Source: a virus (taxonomy: Duplodnaviria; Caudoviricetes). From it: 33,049 bases of DNA. This document shows positions 1 through 7,537 of this stretch, in pieces; position 1 is the stretch's first letter; each line of letters opens with the position of its first letter. Under the pieces are notes generated by a model. The model was not told the origin of the DNA, did no database searches, and saw nothing but the letters and a program-made list of their open reading frames with translations. Both the position numbers and the translations under genes were made by a program. Location of the stretch: IMG/VR virus record IMGVR_UViG_3300044676_006277, positions 1 to 33,049 of that record, one strand, 5' to 3'.

Positions 1-5
1 AATAA

Positions 6-818
6 ATGCCGGCCGAAACCCGCGAAGAGCTCGTTGGACAACTACAGCGGCCCGGACAGCGATCCGAGGATGTACGCCTGGTCGTGCAGCAAACCGGCAA
101 GCGAACCTCGGAGTTCTGGTCGTTTGCATCACCAACCGGCACCACCGGTGCATTTTACTTCGGTGGTTTTTACGAGTGGCACAGCGCCTCGTTTACGCCG
201 GCTCCAGCCGGCACCAATGTCGGCTCTGCGAACTCTTCGTATGCGGCCCATGCAATGGTCATCCTGGGCGCATCCTCGACTGACATGGTTGTCAGGGTGA
301 CGGGTACATCGATCAATGACAGCGCCACCAGGACCACCAGTGACACCGAGGACATCGACACATCCGGTGGTGCTGCCAATGCTTACTATGAAACCTCGAA
401 GAAGTTCATCGGCCAGGTGTCGTACACATTGCAGTCAGGCACAGGTGTTATTATCAATGCCGGGTTCTCGAAGTACTGGGACCACGGCAATGTGGATTTT
501 ACTGTTACCGGGCTCGAGGTAACCTGGCGTGCCGGCGCCAACGACTCGGCACCTAATATCGAGCTCCTGCACCATAAGGCCACCGGCTGGACTTACGGCG
601 CGGGTGGTGAGGCAACCCCACCGACAGCCATTGCCAGCATGAACACCGACCATGTGACCGAGATCCAGGCTGTGAACGGGGAGTACGGTGCCTGGAAGCG
701 CACCAACCTGTCGCAGTACATTGTTGGCGGCGGCTCTGAAGGTACTTTGTGGAAAGTAACGACAACAGCCAACAACGCCTTCCAGATTGGTAATTTGCAA
801 ATGGACATCAAGGCATGA
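6..818 (+). CDS. Hypothetical virion/tail-associated protein (Gly/Thr/Ser-rich, beta-strand rich)
   Basis: 270-aa ORF with the composition of a phage structural protein; ATGA-coupled to the endolysin. Confidence 0.55.
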   Translation: MPAETREELVGQLQRPGQRSEDVRLVVQQTGKRTSEFWSFASPTGTTGAFYFGGFYEWHSASFTPAPAGTNVGSANSSYAAHAMVILGASSTDMVVRVTGTSINDSATRTTSDTEDIDTSGGAANAYYETSKKFIGQVSYTLQSGTGVIINAGFSKYWDHGNVDFTVTGLEVTWRAGANDSAPNIELLHHKATGWTYGAGGEATPPTAIASMNTDHVTEIQAVNGEYGAWKRTNLSQYIVGGGSEGTLWKVTTTANNAFQIGNLQMDIKA

Positions 819-1276
819 AACTGTCTGCCAACTTTACCCTGGAAGAATTTCTGATCTCGCAGACCGCGGAGCGGCATGGTATCGATATGACGCCACCACC
901 CGAGGTCGTCGGGAATCTCAGACGATTGTGCGAAGGGTGTTTACAACCACTTCGTGCAGCAACGAACAGGCCCATCTTCATCTCGTCCGGCTTTCGCTCC
1001 CCGGAACTCAACTCACTGATCGGTGGCTCGCAGACCTCTGCACATATGCGAGGTGACGCAGCCGACTTTCGGGTATCAGGGATGACCCCGTTCGATACGT
1101 GCAAGTTGATTGTGGAGATGGGCCTACCTTACGACCAGGTTATCCACGAGTTCGGCCGCTGGGTGCATTTGGGCGTATCGGATATACTCCGAAGTGAACA
1201 ACTCACGGCATACCACAAGGATGGCAAGACCAGGTATGTACACGGCATTAAGACAATGGAAGAGTGCAATGGGTAA
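815..1276 (+). CDS. Endolysin, peptidase M15A family (Zn D-Ala-D-Ala peptidase)
   Basis: MKLSANFTLEEF start, ISSGFRSPELN, SAHMRGDAADF (SxHxxGxAxD), WVHLG. Confidence 0.92.
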   Translation: MKLSANFTLEEFLISQTAERHGIDMTPPPEVVGNLRRLCEGCLQPLRAATNRPIFISSGFRSPELNSLIGGSQTSAHMRGDAADFRVSGMTPFDTCKLIVEMGLPYDQVIHEFGRWVHLGVSDILRSEQLTAYHKDGKTRYVHGIKTMEECNG

Positions 1277-1769
1277 AGATTCCAAATTGAATATCAATGG
1301 TGTATGGATTGTGCTGGCGTTTATTGTGCTGCTGATCCTGTTTGCGCTGAATGAGGCTAAGGCCTTGGAACTTGAGGCGGGACCGACTGTTTTGTCTGGG
1401 GAATATGCCGAAGGTGGTGCCATGCTTGTTACCGAGCGTTTCGGTGAGGGCAATGTTTATGGCCGTTGGGCCGTGGGTTTTGGTTATGTTTCAAAACAAT
1501 ACTGTCACTGCAACTGGCCGGCTGACCTTGAAGAAAACAACCTGTTTCAACTACAGCGTGTGATTGATTATGAGCGTGCCGAGTTGGGTATTGGTATGGC
1601 GTACTTCACCAATACCAATCGCGCCTTGGGCAAGAACATGACATGGAGCCTGTCTTTGGGTTGGCGCTTCAACGATCACTGGACCATGCGCGTGCGTCAT
1701 TACAGCAATGCTGGCTCAGGCTCACCGAATCTAGGTCAGGATATGTTGACGCTAGGCTACAAGTTTTAG
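1269..1769 (+). CDS. pagL: PagL-like lipid A 3-O-deacylase (outer-membrane beta-barrel)
   Basis: Start revised to the ATG at 1269 (MGKDSK); hydrophobic signal peptide; amphipathic strands; HYSNAGSGSPNLGQD motif; C-terminal Phe (LGYKF). Confidence 0.8.
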   Translation: MGKDSKLNINGVWIVLAFIVLLILFALNEAKALELEAGPTVLSGEYAEGGAMLVTERFGEGNVYGRWAVGFGYVSKQYCHCNWPADLEENNLFQLQRVIDYERAELGIGMAYFTNTNRALGKNMTWSLSLGWRFNDHWTMRVRHYSNAGSGSPNLGQDMLTLGYKF

Positions 1770-1778
1770 GAGATTGAC

Positions 1779-2159
1779 ATGAATATACTGGCAAAGATAT
1801 TTGGTAGTTCAAAGAACACCGAAACCATTGTTAATGGTGCGGTGAGTGGCATCGACAAGATGTTTTACACCAAAGAGGAAAAGGCCGAAGCAGGGCAGAA
1901 AATGTCGGAGTGGTTTCTTCGGTATCTGGAAGCCACGCAACCACAGAACATTTCTCGGCGCTTTATTGCCATTGTAGTGGTTCTGCTATGGGCTTTGCTG
2001 ATTCTGGTTGGTGTTGCGGCCTACAAGTTTGATGCAACCTTCTCGGAATTTGTGTTCAAGGTATTGGCCGACGTTGTTATGAATCCGTTCCTGATTATCA
2101 TGGGATTCTACTTTGCTGCTCACGTAGTACGCACTGCCATGTCAGGCAAAGATAAATGA
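1779..2159 (+). CDS. Putative holin (3TM/GTA-holin-like)
   Basis: AGGAG RBS; IDKMFYTKEEK, then SRRFIA and two hydrophobic helices ending IMGFYF; lysis cassette position. Confidence 0.72.
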   Translation: MNILAKIFGSSKNTETIVNGAVSGIDKMFYTKEEKAEAGQKMSEWFLRYLEATQPQNISRRFIAIVVVLLWALLILVGVAAYKFDATFSEFVFKVLADVVMNPFLIIMGFYFAAHVVRTAMSGKDK

Positions 2160-2776
2160 AAACCAGCCTTACAGACCGCATCATCAGTTACATCATATTT
2201 ATGATTGCGTTCGTATTGCTGCTGTTGTCGGCCCCGTTGTGGGCATCCGGTGACTGTAAAGGCAATCAGCCTTGCGGTGATATTGATGTCGCCAACGAGA
2301 TTATCACTGGTGACGTATCTGTTGCCGGCGACAAGTCCAAGTCGCTGGGTCTGGGGTTTGGTCGTTCAAGTTTCGACGTAGACATTAACCAGTGCATGGG
2401 CTCGACCTCCTGGGACACGATCGTCGGTGGCAAGCAGAAACTGGTCATCAACTGGGTCTGTCTCAGCGAGTTCTACCTGAAAACCGGGCAACCGGAGCTC
2501 GCCGCGGTTGCGATCTGCAATACAGAGATTCTGTCCGAATTTGACTCTGAGGCCGAGTGTGAGGCCGCCCACGACTTTTTCGTGGAGGTGGCCGAGGCAT
2601 TACCTGTGGTCGAGAATAACCTCGAGGAGGAGGAGTTCCACCACCAGCAGATGCTTATGCAGCAAGAGTACGAAGAGCGCATCGAGCAACTGGAGCAGTC
2701 CAGGCGTGTTGTCGTGCAACAGCCCTATCTCAGTGACGAGAAGAAGCAAAAGTTACGGGAGATTGTCAATGAATAA
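2156..2776 (+). CDS. Hypothetical exported/membrane-anchored Cys-containing protein with C-terminal coiled coil
   Basis: N-terminal hydrophobic helix, six Cys, Glu/Gln-rich tail; ATGA-coupled to the holin. Confidence 0.55.
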   Translation: MKTSLTDRIISYIIFMIAFVLLLLSAPLWASGDCKGNQPCGDIDVANEIITGDVSVAGDKSKSLGLGFGRSSFDVDINQCMGSTSWDTIVGGKQKLVINWVCLSEFYLKTGQPELAAVAICNTEILSEFDSEAECEAAHDFFVEVAEALPVVENNLEEEEFHHQQMLMQQEYEERIEQLEQSRRVVVQQPYLSDEKKQKLREIVNE

Positions 2777-3023
2777 GTTCATTTCCGAAAACGGTGGCCC
2801 ATTGGCAATCGCTGCAACCGCGCTGATCATTGGTGCTGCTTATCTTGAGTGGCGTATTGACGAGATTACCGAGGTAAAACTAGCCGAGGCTGGTATCGTA
2901 TCGGTGGACAGGATTGATGCCATAGAAAACGAAGTAGAGGATACCCAAGAGCAGCATAAGCTGGATTCCGACAGAATGGATCGGAAGATCGAGAAAGTTG
3001 TTGATGTACTGCTGGAAGACTAG
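2769..3023 (+). CDS. Small membrane protein with coiled coil (lysis-region)
   Basis: ATG at 2769 (MNKFISENGG), GGGAG upstream, one TM helix then heptad pattern. Confidence 0.6.
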   Translation: MNKFISENGGPLAIAATALIIGAAYLEWRIDEITEVKLAEAGIVSVDRIDAIENEVEDTQEQHKLDSDRMDRKIEKVVDVLLED

Positions 3024-3050
3024 GTCAATAATTCCCAGAAAGGAATCTAT

Positions 3051-3389
3051 ATGGCAAGCGGGGAGTACAATAAAAAGCGCAATGGAGACTATCGACATCC
3101 TGTTTTGGCTGTTCTTCTCGGCAGCATCCTCGGCGGCGGTGGCACTCTTGGTGTATTTCTTGGCACCCCGGTTGGTCAGGAGCGTCTTCGCCCTGATCCA
3201 TTCACTGGGACACAGGGGGCACAACTAACGCAGCGGGTTGTTCATATTGAAGAGGATGTGGCAAGCCACCTGTCACACCACCCGGATGCAGAGAACCAGT
3301 TTGACCGGCGTATCGCCACGCTGGAAGCCCAGTACGCGATTATCTTGCAGAATCAAGGACGCATTCTTGACCGGCTGGACAGCCTTTAG
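3051..3389 (+). CDS. Small membrane protein with coiled coil
   Basis: AAGGA RBS; hydrophobic Gly-rich segment; C-terminal heptads RIATLEAQYAIILQNQGRILDRL. Confidence 0.6.
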   Translation: MASGEYNKKRNGDYRHPVLAVLLGSILGGGGTLGVFLGTPVGQERLRPDPFTGTQGAQLTQRVVHIEEDVASHLSHHPDAENQFDRRIATLEAQYAIILQNQGRILDRLDSL

Positions 3390-3621
3390 AGCGACACTGA
3401 ATGTAGCAATGTCCCTTGCTGCAGATCATGGCAGCACGCAGGTCTTGCTCCAGGCACCGATCGGAGTCGTAGATGAGCTCACGTTCTGGTGAATGACAAC
3501 CGAGCAGTAGCATCAGGACAAAGATTACCCAGATCCAGGCGATCCAGAATAAAGTGCCTTCGGCCCGGGCGACCTTGCGGTCATAGTAACGACGCGCGCG
3601 CTTTTCGTAGTCATCCATCAT
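3340..3621 (-). CDS. Hypothetical membrane protein, Cys-rich C-terminus, possible lipoprotein
   Basis: GGAGG RBS; TM helix ending LLLGC; last gene of the leftward operon, overlapping the convergent gene by 50 nt. Confidence 0.5.
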   Translation of the reverse strand: MMDDYEKRARRYYDRKVARAEGTLFWIAWIWVIFVLMLLLGCHSPERELIYDSDRCLEQDLRAAMICSKGHCYIQCRSKGCPAGQECVLDSAR

Positions 3622-3916
3622 CACCCTCCAGTGCGGCTTTGGCTATTGAGGCAGATATTGATTCGAGCGGGTCACGTTCTGCTATCTCATACAGCGCACT
3701 CCGCAGCCGTTCAATATCTGCCTCGGCACCGGCGTAGTTTGCTTTAGCAATTCGCAGGTTGTGAGTGAGCCGTTCGATCTCTGCTTCAAGTTCACGCACC
3801 CTGTTATACATCAAGCGTGACCAGGCGATCATCTGGCCGGGACTATCAACCACACCGAACTGCTCGTCACCAAACGTAGGGGTCCACTTACCGTTTCTGT
3901 ATTCACCCATCTTCAT
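3611..3916 (-). CDS. Hypothetical phage protein (coiled coil)
   Basis: MKMGEYRNG...ELEAEIERL..ADIERLRSALYEIA, a pattern common in small early phage proteins; start may be 3910. Confidence 0.6.
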   Translation of the reverse strand: MKMGEYRNGKWTPTFGDEQFGVVDSPGQMIAWSRLMYNRVRELEAEIERLTHNLRIAKANYAGAEADIERLRSALYEIAERDPLESISASIAKAALEGDDG

Positions 3917-4118
3917 GCTCCACACGAAACAGGCAGCACGTAGGGCACTCACACCCCTCCTCATAGGCATCCGCAATGGCTTGCTGATACCGTTCGATTA
4001 CCTTGCGCTGAGCTATAATCGTGTCCTGAGTCTGGTTACACCACTCAACCATTTCTTTGTCGCCCATCGTCAAAACTGGCTCGCCGTCTTCTAGCCAGCC
4101 ATTGAATAGATCATTCAT
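3903..4118 (-). CDS. Hypothetical phage protein, C-terminal Cys cluster
   Basis: GAGGAG RBS; CECPTCC. Confidence 0.6.
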   Translation of the reverse strand: MNDLFNGWLEDGEPVLTMGDKEMVEWCNQTQDTIIAQRKVIERYQQAIADAYEEGCECPTCCLFRVEHEDG

Positions 4119-4133
4119 GTTTCACTCCTCATT

Positions 4134-4613
4134 TCAAAAGCACCTTGTGGCAATGGCATCCTCATCAATGCTATCCGCATACGCCTGGATGCCGTCGTTG
4201 TATTCCAGGCGCGCAATCAATGCGGCAAGTTGAGCGTTCTTGACCTTGATGTGGGTTCGTAGATTCTTGCCGAGGGGTTTCATTTCCTCGTCTTCCCAGA
4301 AGTCACCACGCAATAGCCGCTTGTGTCTTTTTTCTAGCTTTGCCCGGATGTGGTCAAGTCTTTCCCATAGGGACTCTGTGAGCTCGTCGCTCGCGAGCAG
4401 GTTGCAATTTTCGCAAGATGGCACCTTGATGTATTTTTCGTGTGCCAGGTTGAGACTACGATAGTCAGAAACCCGTGTGATGGGTGGTTGGTGGTCGAAA
4501 CAGGTAGCATGACAGCCACAGTAAAAGCAGGTGAACCAGTTCTCTTCGTTATGATAGAAACGGGTATATAGTTCACCGTACTTGGCGATACACTCATCAC
4601 GATAACTTGTCAT
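4134..4613 (-). CDS. HNH-type endonuclease
   Basis: CFYCG..A.CFDHQPP...VPSCENCN (CxxC-DH-CxxCN); start revised to MTSYRD. Confidence 0.75.
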   Translation of the reverse strand: MTSYRDECIAKYGELYTRFYHNEENWFTCFYCGCHATCFDHQPPITRVSDYRSLNLAHEKYIKVPSCENCNLLASDELTESLWERLDHIRAKLEKRHKRLLRGDFWEDEEMKPLGKNLRTHIKVKNAQLAALIARLEYNDGIQAYADSIDEDAIATRCF

Positions 4614-4791
4614 TTTCAAGAACCTCAACACGCTTGCGCAGGTTGTCTATCTGCTCCTGCAGGGGCCGCGAATTACTCTCATGCCATGCCTGAAGTCGGC
4701 ACCGACTCGAGCAAAAACGCTTATTTCTCCGATACGGGAAACTTTCATCGCATTGCTCGCATCTGGCCGCTTTGGGTTGCTCTAGTGTCAT
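4597..4791 (-). CDS. Small Zn-finger protein with coiled-coil tail, probable DNA-binding
   Basis: CEQC...KRFCSSRCR motif. Confidence 0.7.
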   Translation of the reverse strand: MTLEQPKAARCEQCDESFPYRRNKRFCSSRCRLQAWHESNSRPLQEQIDNLRKRVEVLENDKLS

Positions 4792-4798
4792 GGTATCA

Positions 4799-4827
4799 AT
4801 TATCGTTAATAACCGTTTCTACGTCAA
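4799..4827 (-). promoter_or_regulatory. Sigma70-type promoter for the Zn-finger/HNH genes
   Basis: TTGACG-17 nt-GATAAT, ATG (4791) after a 7-nt gap, no SD. Confidence 0.6.
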
Positions 4828-4963
4828 CAGGTGAAGACCTGTGGCTGATTTGGCGCATGATTTAAGGTCCGTTGCGCCGAATCGGTGGACCAGGCCGACC
4901 ATCACCACTGGCATGCAAAAGAGGTGCATGACAGCAGCATCGGCATTGCTTCGCTAGGAGCAA

Positions 4964-5491
4964 TCAAAATGGGATGTCGTCGTCGAAACCATCGGGTGTC
5001 GGAGGTGGTGCCATTTGTGCCGGCGCGGGTTTCTCAGTATCCGGCACACCCTTGAGCGCAAACCGGTAGAAACTGCAGTACCTTGACCAGACCTGCTGAA
5101 CATCATCACCCGGACCCGTGCAAGCCTTCGTCAATGCCTGGGCAATGATAGAGGCGTCACGATCGCGCGCGGGTGGTTGTGGTGCAGGCTGCGGGGCAGG
5201 TTGCTGCGGTGCGCCCATCGGAGGTGGTTGGTAGGACTGCTGCGGTTGCTGCATGGCCGCGTTGAACGCCTGGTCGGCTGTTGTTGGTGCGCCACCAGCA
5301 ACACTGTAATCGTTAATCCAGTTGGTGGTCTTGCCGCTTTGCGGGTTTGTCCACGGGTGCGGCTCAAAGGTAATCACCTGACCCTGCATTGCCATCATTT
5401 CCGGGTTCTTGGTTTTGTACCAATTGCCGGCGACCTTCAAACTCATGCCGCCATCAGGCCATTGTTTTACTGCTTCAATTGCTGCTTGCAT
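4964..5491 (-). CDS. Putative single-stranded DNA-binding protein
   Basis: AGGAG RBS before MQAAIEAV (5491); short beta-rich N-domain, Pro/Gln linker, acidic tail DGFDDDIPF. Confidence 0.65.
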   Translation of the reverse strand: MQAAIEAVKQWPDGGMSLKVAGNWYKTKNPEMMAMQGQVITFEPHPWTNPQSGKTTNWINDYSVAGGAPTTADQAFNAAMQQPQQSYQPPPMGAPQQPAPQPAPQPPARDRDASIIAQALTKACTGPGDDVQQVWSRYCSFYRFALKGVPDTEKPAPAQMAPPPTPDGFDDDIPF

Positions 5492-5501
5492 TGTGTCGCT
5501 C

Positions 5502-5678
5502 CTAACGATCGTAAATGGGGTTGTCTTCGGGTTGCGAGATGATGAAATTGCCACCACAGTAGGGGCAAAGTAGTTCGTATTCGCCATCTCGGTATGCGTT
5601 CGGGTCATCGGTCAGGTAGACGATAACGGTCTTGCCCTCGACCACTTGTTCACAGTCTTTGCAGTAGTCGATGCTCAT
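5502..5678 (-). CDS. 58-aa Zn-ribbon protein (not in ORF track)
   Basis: MSIDYCKDC...LLCPYCGG; ATGA-coupled to upstream ORF. Confidence 0.7.
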   Translation of the reverse strand: MSIDYCKDCEQVVEGKTVIVYLTDDPNAYRDGEYELLCPYCGGNFIISQPEDNPIYDR

Positions 5679-5881
5679 GGCCCCACCTTGATGTCGTCGA
5701 TGAGCGCATTAGCAATGTCGTTGCGCGACATATCCATCAGGCAGACGGTCTCAGAATCGCCATTGCGGTCATAGCAGATGATGTCGGTCCAGACGAGGGT
5801 GGTGCCATCTTTTCGCGTACAGGATTTCTCTTCCATCTCGACACGGACAGTGCCGTGGATATTCAGTGATAGCCTGCTCAT
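5675..5881 (-). CDS. Hypothetical phage protein
   Basis: MSRLSLNIHG start with GGAG RBS; tight packing. Confidence 0.6.
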   Translation of the reverse strand: MSRLSLNIHGTVRVEMEEKSCTRKDGTTLVWTDIICYDRNGDSETVCLMDMSRNDIANALIDDIKVGP

Positions 5882-5882
5882 T

Positions 5883-6089
5883 TCAAAGCTCCGAGTATTC
5901 GGCCTTCCTTGAAAGAAAGCCTGGTTTGTGGGTTGCGTTCCATTCTTGGCAGATGGCCCTAGCGGCCTCTTCTGTTTCTGCGGTGCCAACCTTGTATGCG
6001 GTATCCCAAGGTTCTGCGCATGGTTCTCTGCCATCGGGCCATTCGGGGTTGCGTTTCCACCAGTTCCTTACTCTGATTTCAAAACTCAT
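5883..6089 (-). CDS. Hypothetical phage protein
   Basis: 68-aa ORF, ATGA-coupled, TEEAARAICQEWN. Confidence 0.65.
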   Translation of the reverse strand: MSFEIRVRNWWKRNPEWPDGREPCAEPWDTAYKVGTAETEEAARAICQEWNATHKPGFLSRKAEYSEL

Positions 6090-6502
6090 TGGTTTTCCCC
6101 TTGGTGCTGCAGTGCGTGCATCTCAAGCATTGCTTCGTCATAGTCAGCACGGGACATCAGGTTGTCACGCTGTGCTGCCAGTTTAATCTGCCGAGCGACC
6201 TGCGGGTTATCCAGAATAAAACCGCAATCGCCGTAACGCGGATTGTCCTCGGGCAGTTTGGCGTATGCCCACTCGCGGCCAGCCCGTGAGCGCGGCCAAT
6301 AGATCCAGCGATCGATGTCACGGCTGAATGTCAGTTCGTAGTCCTCTTCAGGACCGAATGCCGAGGGATCATCTTTGATTTCGTTCCACTTGTTCGGGCC
6401 GCAACGCACGTTACGCAGGTCGGTCAGTGGATAGGTGCGGAACTCGTCGAGCAGGTCGAACTTGCCGATGTCGCGCAGTACGTCGTTTAATGTGTTGTTC
6501 AT
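6086..6502 (-). CDS. Hypothetical phage protein
   Basis: 138-aa ORF with AGGAG RBS. Confidence 0.65.
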   Translation of the reverse strand: MNNTLNDVLRDIGKFDLLDEFRTYPLTDLRNVRCGPNKWNEIKDDPSAFGPEEDYELTFSRDIDRWIYWPRSRAGREWAYAKLPEDNPRYGDCGFILDNPQVARQIKLAAQRDNLMSRADYDEAMLEMHALQHQGENQ

Positions 6503-6504
6503 GT

Positions 6505-6627
6505 CTAACTCCTAGCGAGGGTCGTTTGTTGTGACTCACGGTATCCACCTGGAACCTGATCGGTAGCCGCAAATGCGAGGCCAACGATGATGATCAGGAT
6601 GGTGAAGAATTTGATGCGTGAGTCCAT
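6505..6627 (-). CDS. 40-aa membrane peptide, first gene of the leftward operon
   Basis: MDSRIKFFTILIIIVGLAFAA...; ATG at the predicted +1 of the leftward promoter. Confidence 0.55.
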   Translation of the reverse strand: MDSRIKFFTILIIIVGLAFAATDQVPGGYRESQQTTLARS

Positions 6628-6633
6628 ATACGA

Positions 6634-6661
6634 ATAGTAGCACAGTGTACGGACATTGCAA
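6634..6661 (-). promoter_or_regulatory. Leftward sigma70 promoter
   Basis: TTGCAA-16 nt-TACTAT with extended -10 TG; GTACGGAC box in spacer (6647-6654). Confidence 0.65.
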
Positions 6662-6664
6662 CCC

Positions 6665-6693
6665 TTGCACGTACAGTACGGACGGTGTATATT
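6665..6693 (+). promoter_or_regulatory. Rightward sigma70 promoter
   Basis: TTGCAC-17 nt-TATATT; GTACGGAC box in spacer (6676-6683). Confidence 0.7.
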
Positions 6694-6699
6694 CCACGG

Positions 6700-6846
6700 A
6701 TGGACACAAAAAACCAAAGGTTTGAGTTTCGCCTTACAAAACAGGAACTTACGGACCTTCAGGCAATTGCTGCCAGAAAGGGAATCAGCGCATCCGACGT
6801 AATTCGGTCGTATATCCGCAGAACTGCGCGCAGAATGCGCAAATGA
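6700..6846 (+). CDS. 48-aa ribbon-helix-helix (CopG/Arc-like) regulator (not in ORF track)
   Basis: MDTKNQRFEFRLTKQELTDLQAIAARKGISASDVIRSYIRR: alternating beta-ribbon, helix, G-x-S-x-S-D-V-I-R helix. Confidence 0.85.
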   Translation: MDTKNQRFEFRLTKQELTDLQAIAARKGISASDVIRSYIRRTARRMRK

Positions 6847-7007
6847 GCGCGGCCCATTGTGAGCGTTGCGAGCGTCCTGGTGTGCGTGGTAATAGCATAC
6901 GCACATACGGAGTTGGCAAGCGGCACATCGATTTGTGCTGGAAGTGCTTTCAAGTGATGAAAAGGATGAGCGGCAAACTGAAGGACATAGCACATGAAAC
7001 TACTTAA
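6843..7007 (+). CDS. 54-aa Zn-finger protein (not in ORF track)
   Basis: CERC...LCWKC; ATGA-coupled to the RHH gene. Confidence 0.65.
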   Translation: MSAAHCERCERPGVRGNSIRTYGVGKRHIDLCWKCFQVMKRMSGKLKDIAHETT

Positions 7008-7101
7008 AGGTTTGGTGATTGGATTCCAGGCACTGCTGATTGCGTTCACGTTCGGCATGCTCTGGGTACTGTTGACGATGGTCCAGGTGTTGATGACATG
7101 A
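6994..7101 (+). CDS. 35-aa hydrophobic membrane peptide
   Basis: AAGGA RBS; MKLLKGLVIGFQALLIAFTFGMLWVLLTMVQVLMT. Confidence 0.5.
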   Translation: MKLLKGLVIGFQALLIAFTFGMLWVLLTMVQVLMT

Positions 7102-7265
7102 AAACCTGCATGCGATGTGAGCGCACCATGCCGATCGATTGTTTTACTCGGTGTCGAAACAGTTACCGCAACGTATGCAAGGACTGTATTGCGGAACAGG
7201 CTCGAGTACGTCGTGCAGCAAGGTTGCCGATCGCTGAATACCTGCGAAGGTGGAAACCGATATGA
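7098..7265 (+). CDS. 55-aa Zn-finger protein
   Basis: MKTCMRC..MPIDCF...NVCKDC; ATGA overlaps at both ends. Confidence 0.65.
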   Translation: MKTCMRCERTMPIDCFTRCRNSYRNVCKDCIAEQARVRRAARLPIAEYLRRWKPI

Positions 7266-7462
7266 GTTACGACCAGTGGAAGACCGCATCACCGTTTGAT
7301 GATGACCCGGACCCTATCGATGATGGTGAGGGTTTCTTAAAAAGGCACAAGGAATATCTTGAGGGTCGCCAATCAATCCACCTTGACGTTATGCCGCAGG
7401 AATTTGATCAGGCATGTGAATTGATCAAGGAACTGCTGCAGTACATTGACGACAACATTTAG
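7262..7462 (+). CDS. Hypothetical phage protein
   Basis: MSYDQWKTASP start, ATGA-coupled. Confidence 0.65.
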   Translation: MSYDQWKTASPFDDDPDPIDDGEGFLKRHKEYLEGRQSIHLDVMPQEFDQACELIKELLQYIDDNI

Positions 7463-7474
7463 GAAGCGTATAAA
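7446..7474 (+). promoter_or_regulatory. Sigma70-type promoter upstream of the structured non-coding block
   Basis: TTGACG-17 nt-TATAAA. Confidence 0.55.
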
Positions 7475-7505
7475 GAAAGACCCCACCCAAGAAAGGGTGA
7501 GGTCT
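7471..7505 (-). terminator. Intrinsic terminator-like hairpin on the minus strand
   Basis: AGACCCCACCC/GGGTGAGGTCT stem (one mismatch), followed on the minus strand by TTCTTTA. Confidence 0.55.
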
Positions 7506-7537
7506 ACCGGTAAAGTCTTTTGCGGGACACCGGAATT
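7471..7537 (-). ncRNA. Candidate ~65-nt antisense RNA
   Basis: Extended -10 TGATATAGT (7552-7544), stem CCGGT/ACCGG (7507-7533), then terminator hairpin; -35 poor. Confidence 0.4.

Noticed and set aside
1110-1268. N-terminal extension of the 219-aa ORF
   Set aside because: Overlaps the endolysin; the signal peptide begins after the ATG at 1269
3340-3621. LLLGC ORF as an o-spanin
   Set aside because: Opposite strand to the lysis cassette, in the early operon, and with a long N-region
6505-7292. Long minus-strand ORFs of 162 and 177 aa
   Set aside because: Shadows of four coupled plus-strand small genes; only the last 40 codons of the 162-aa ORF look real
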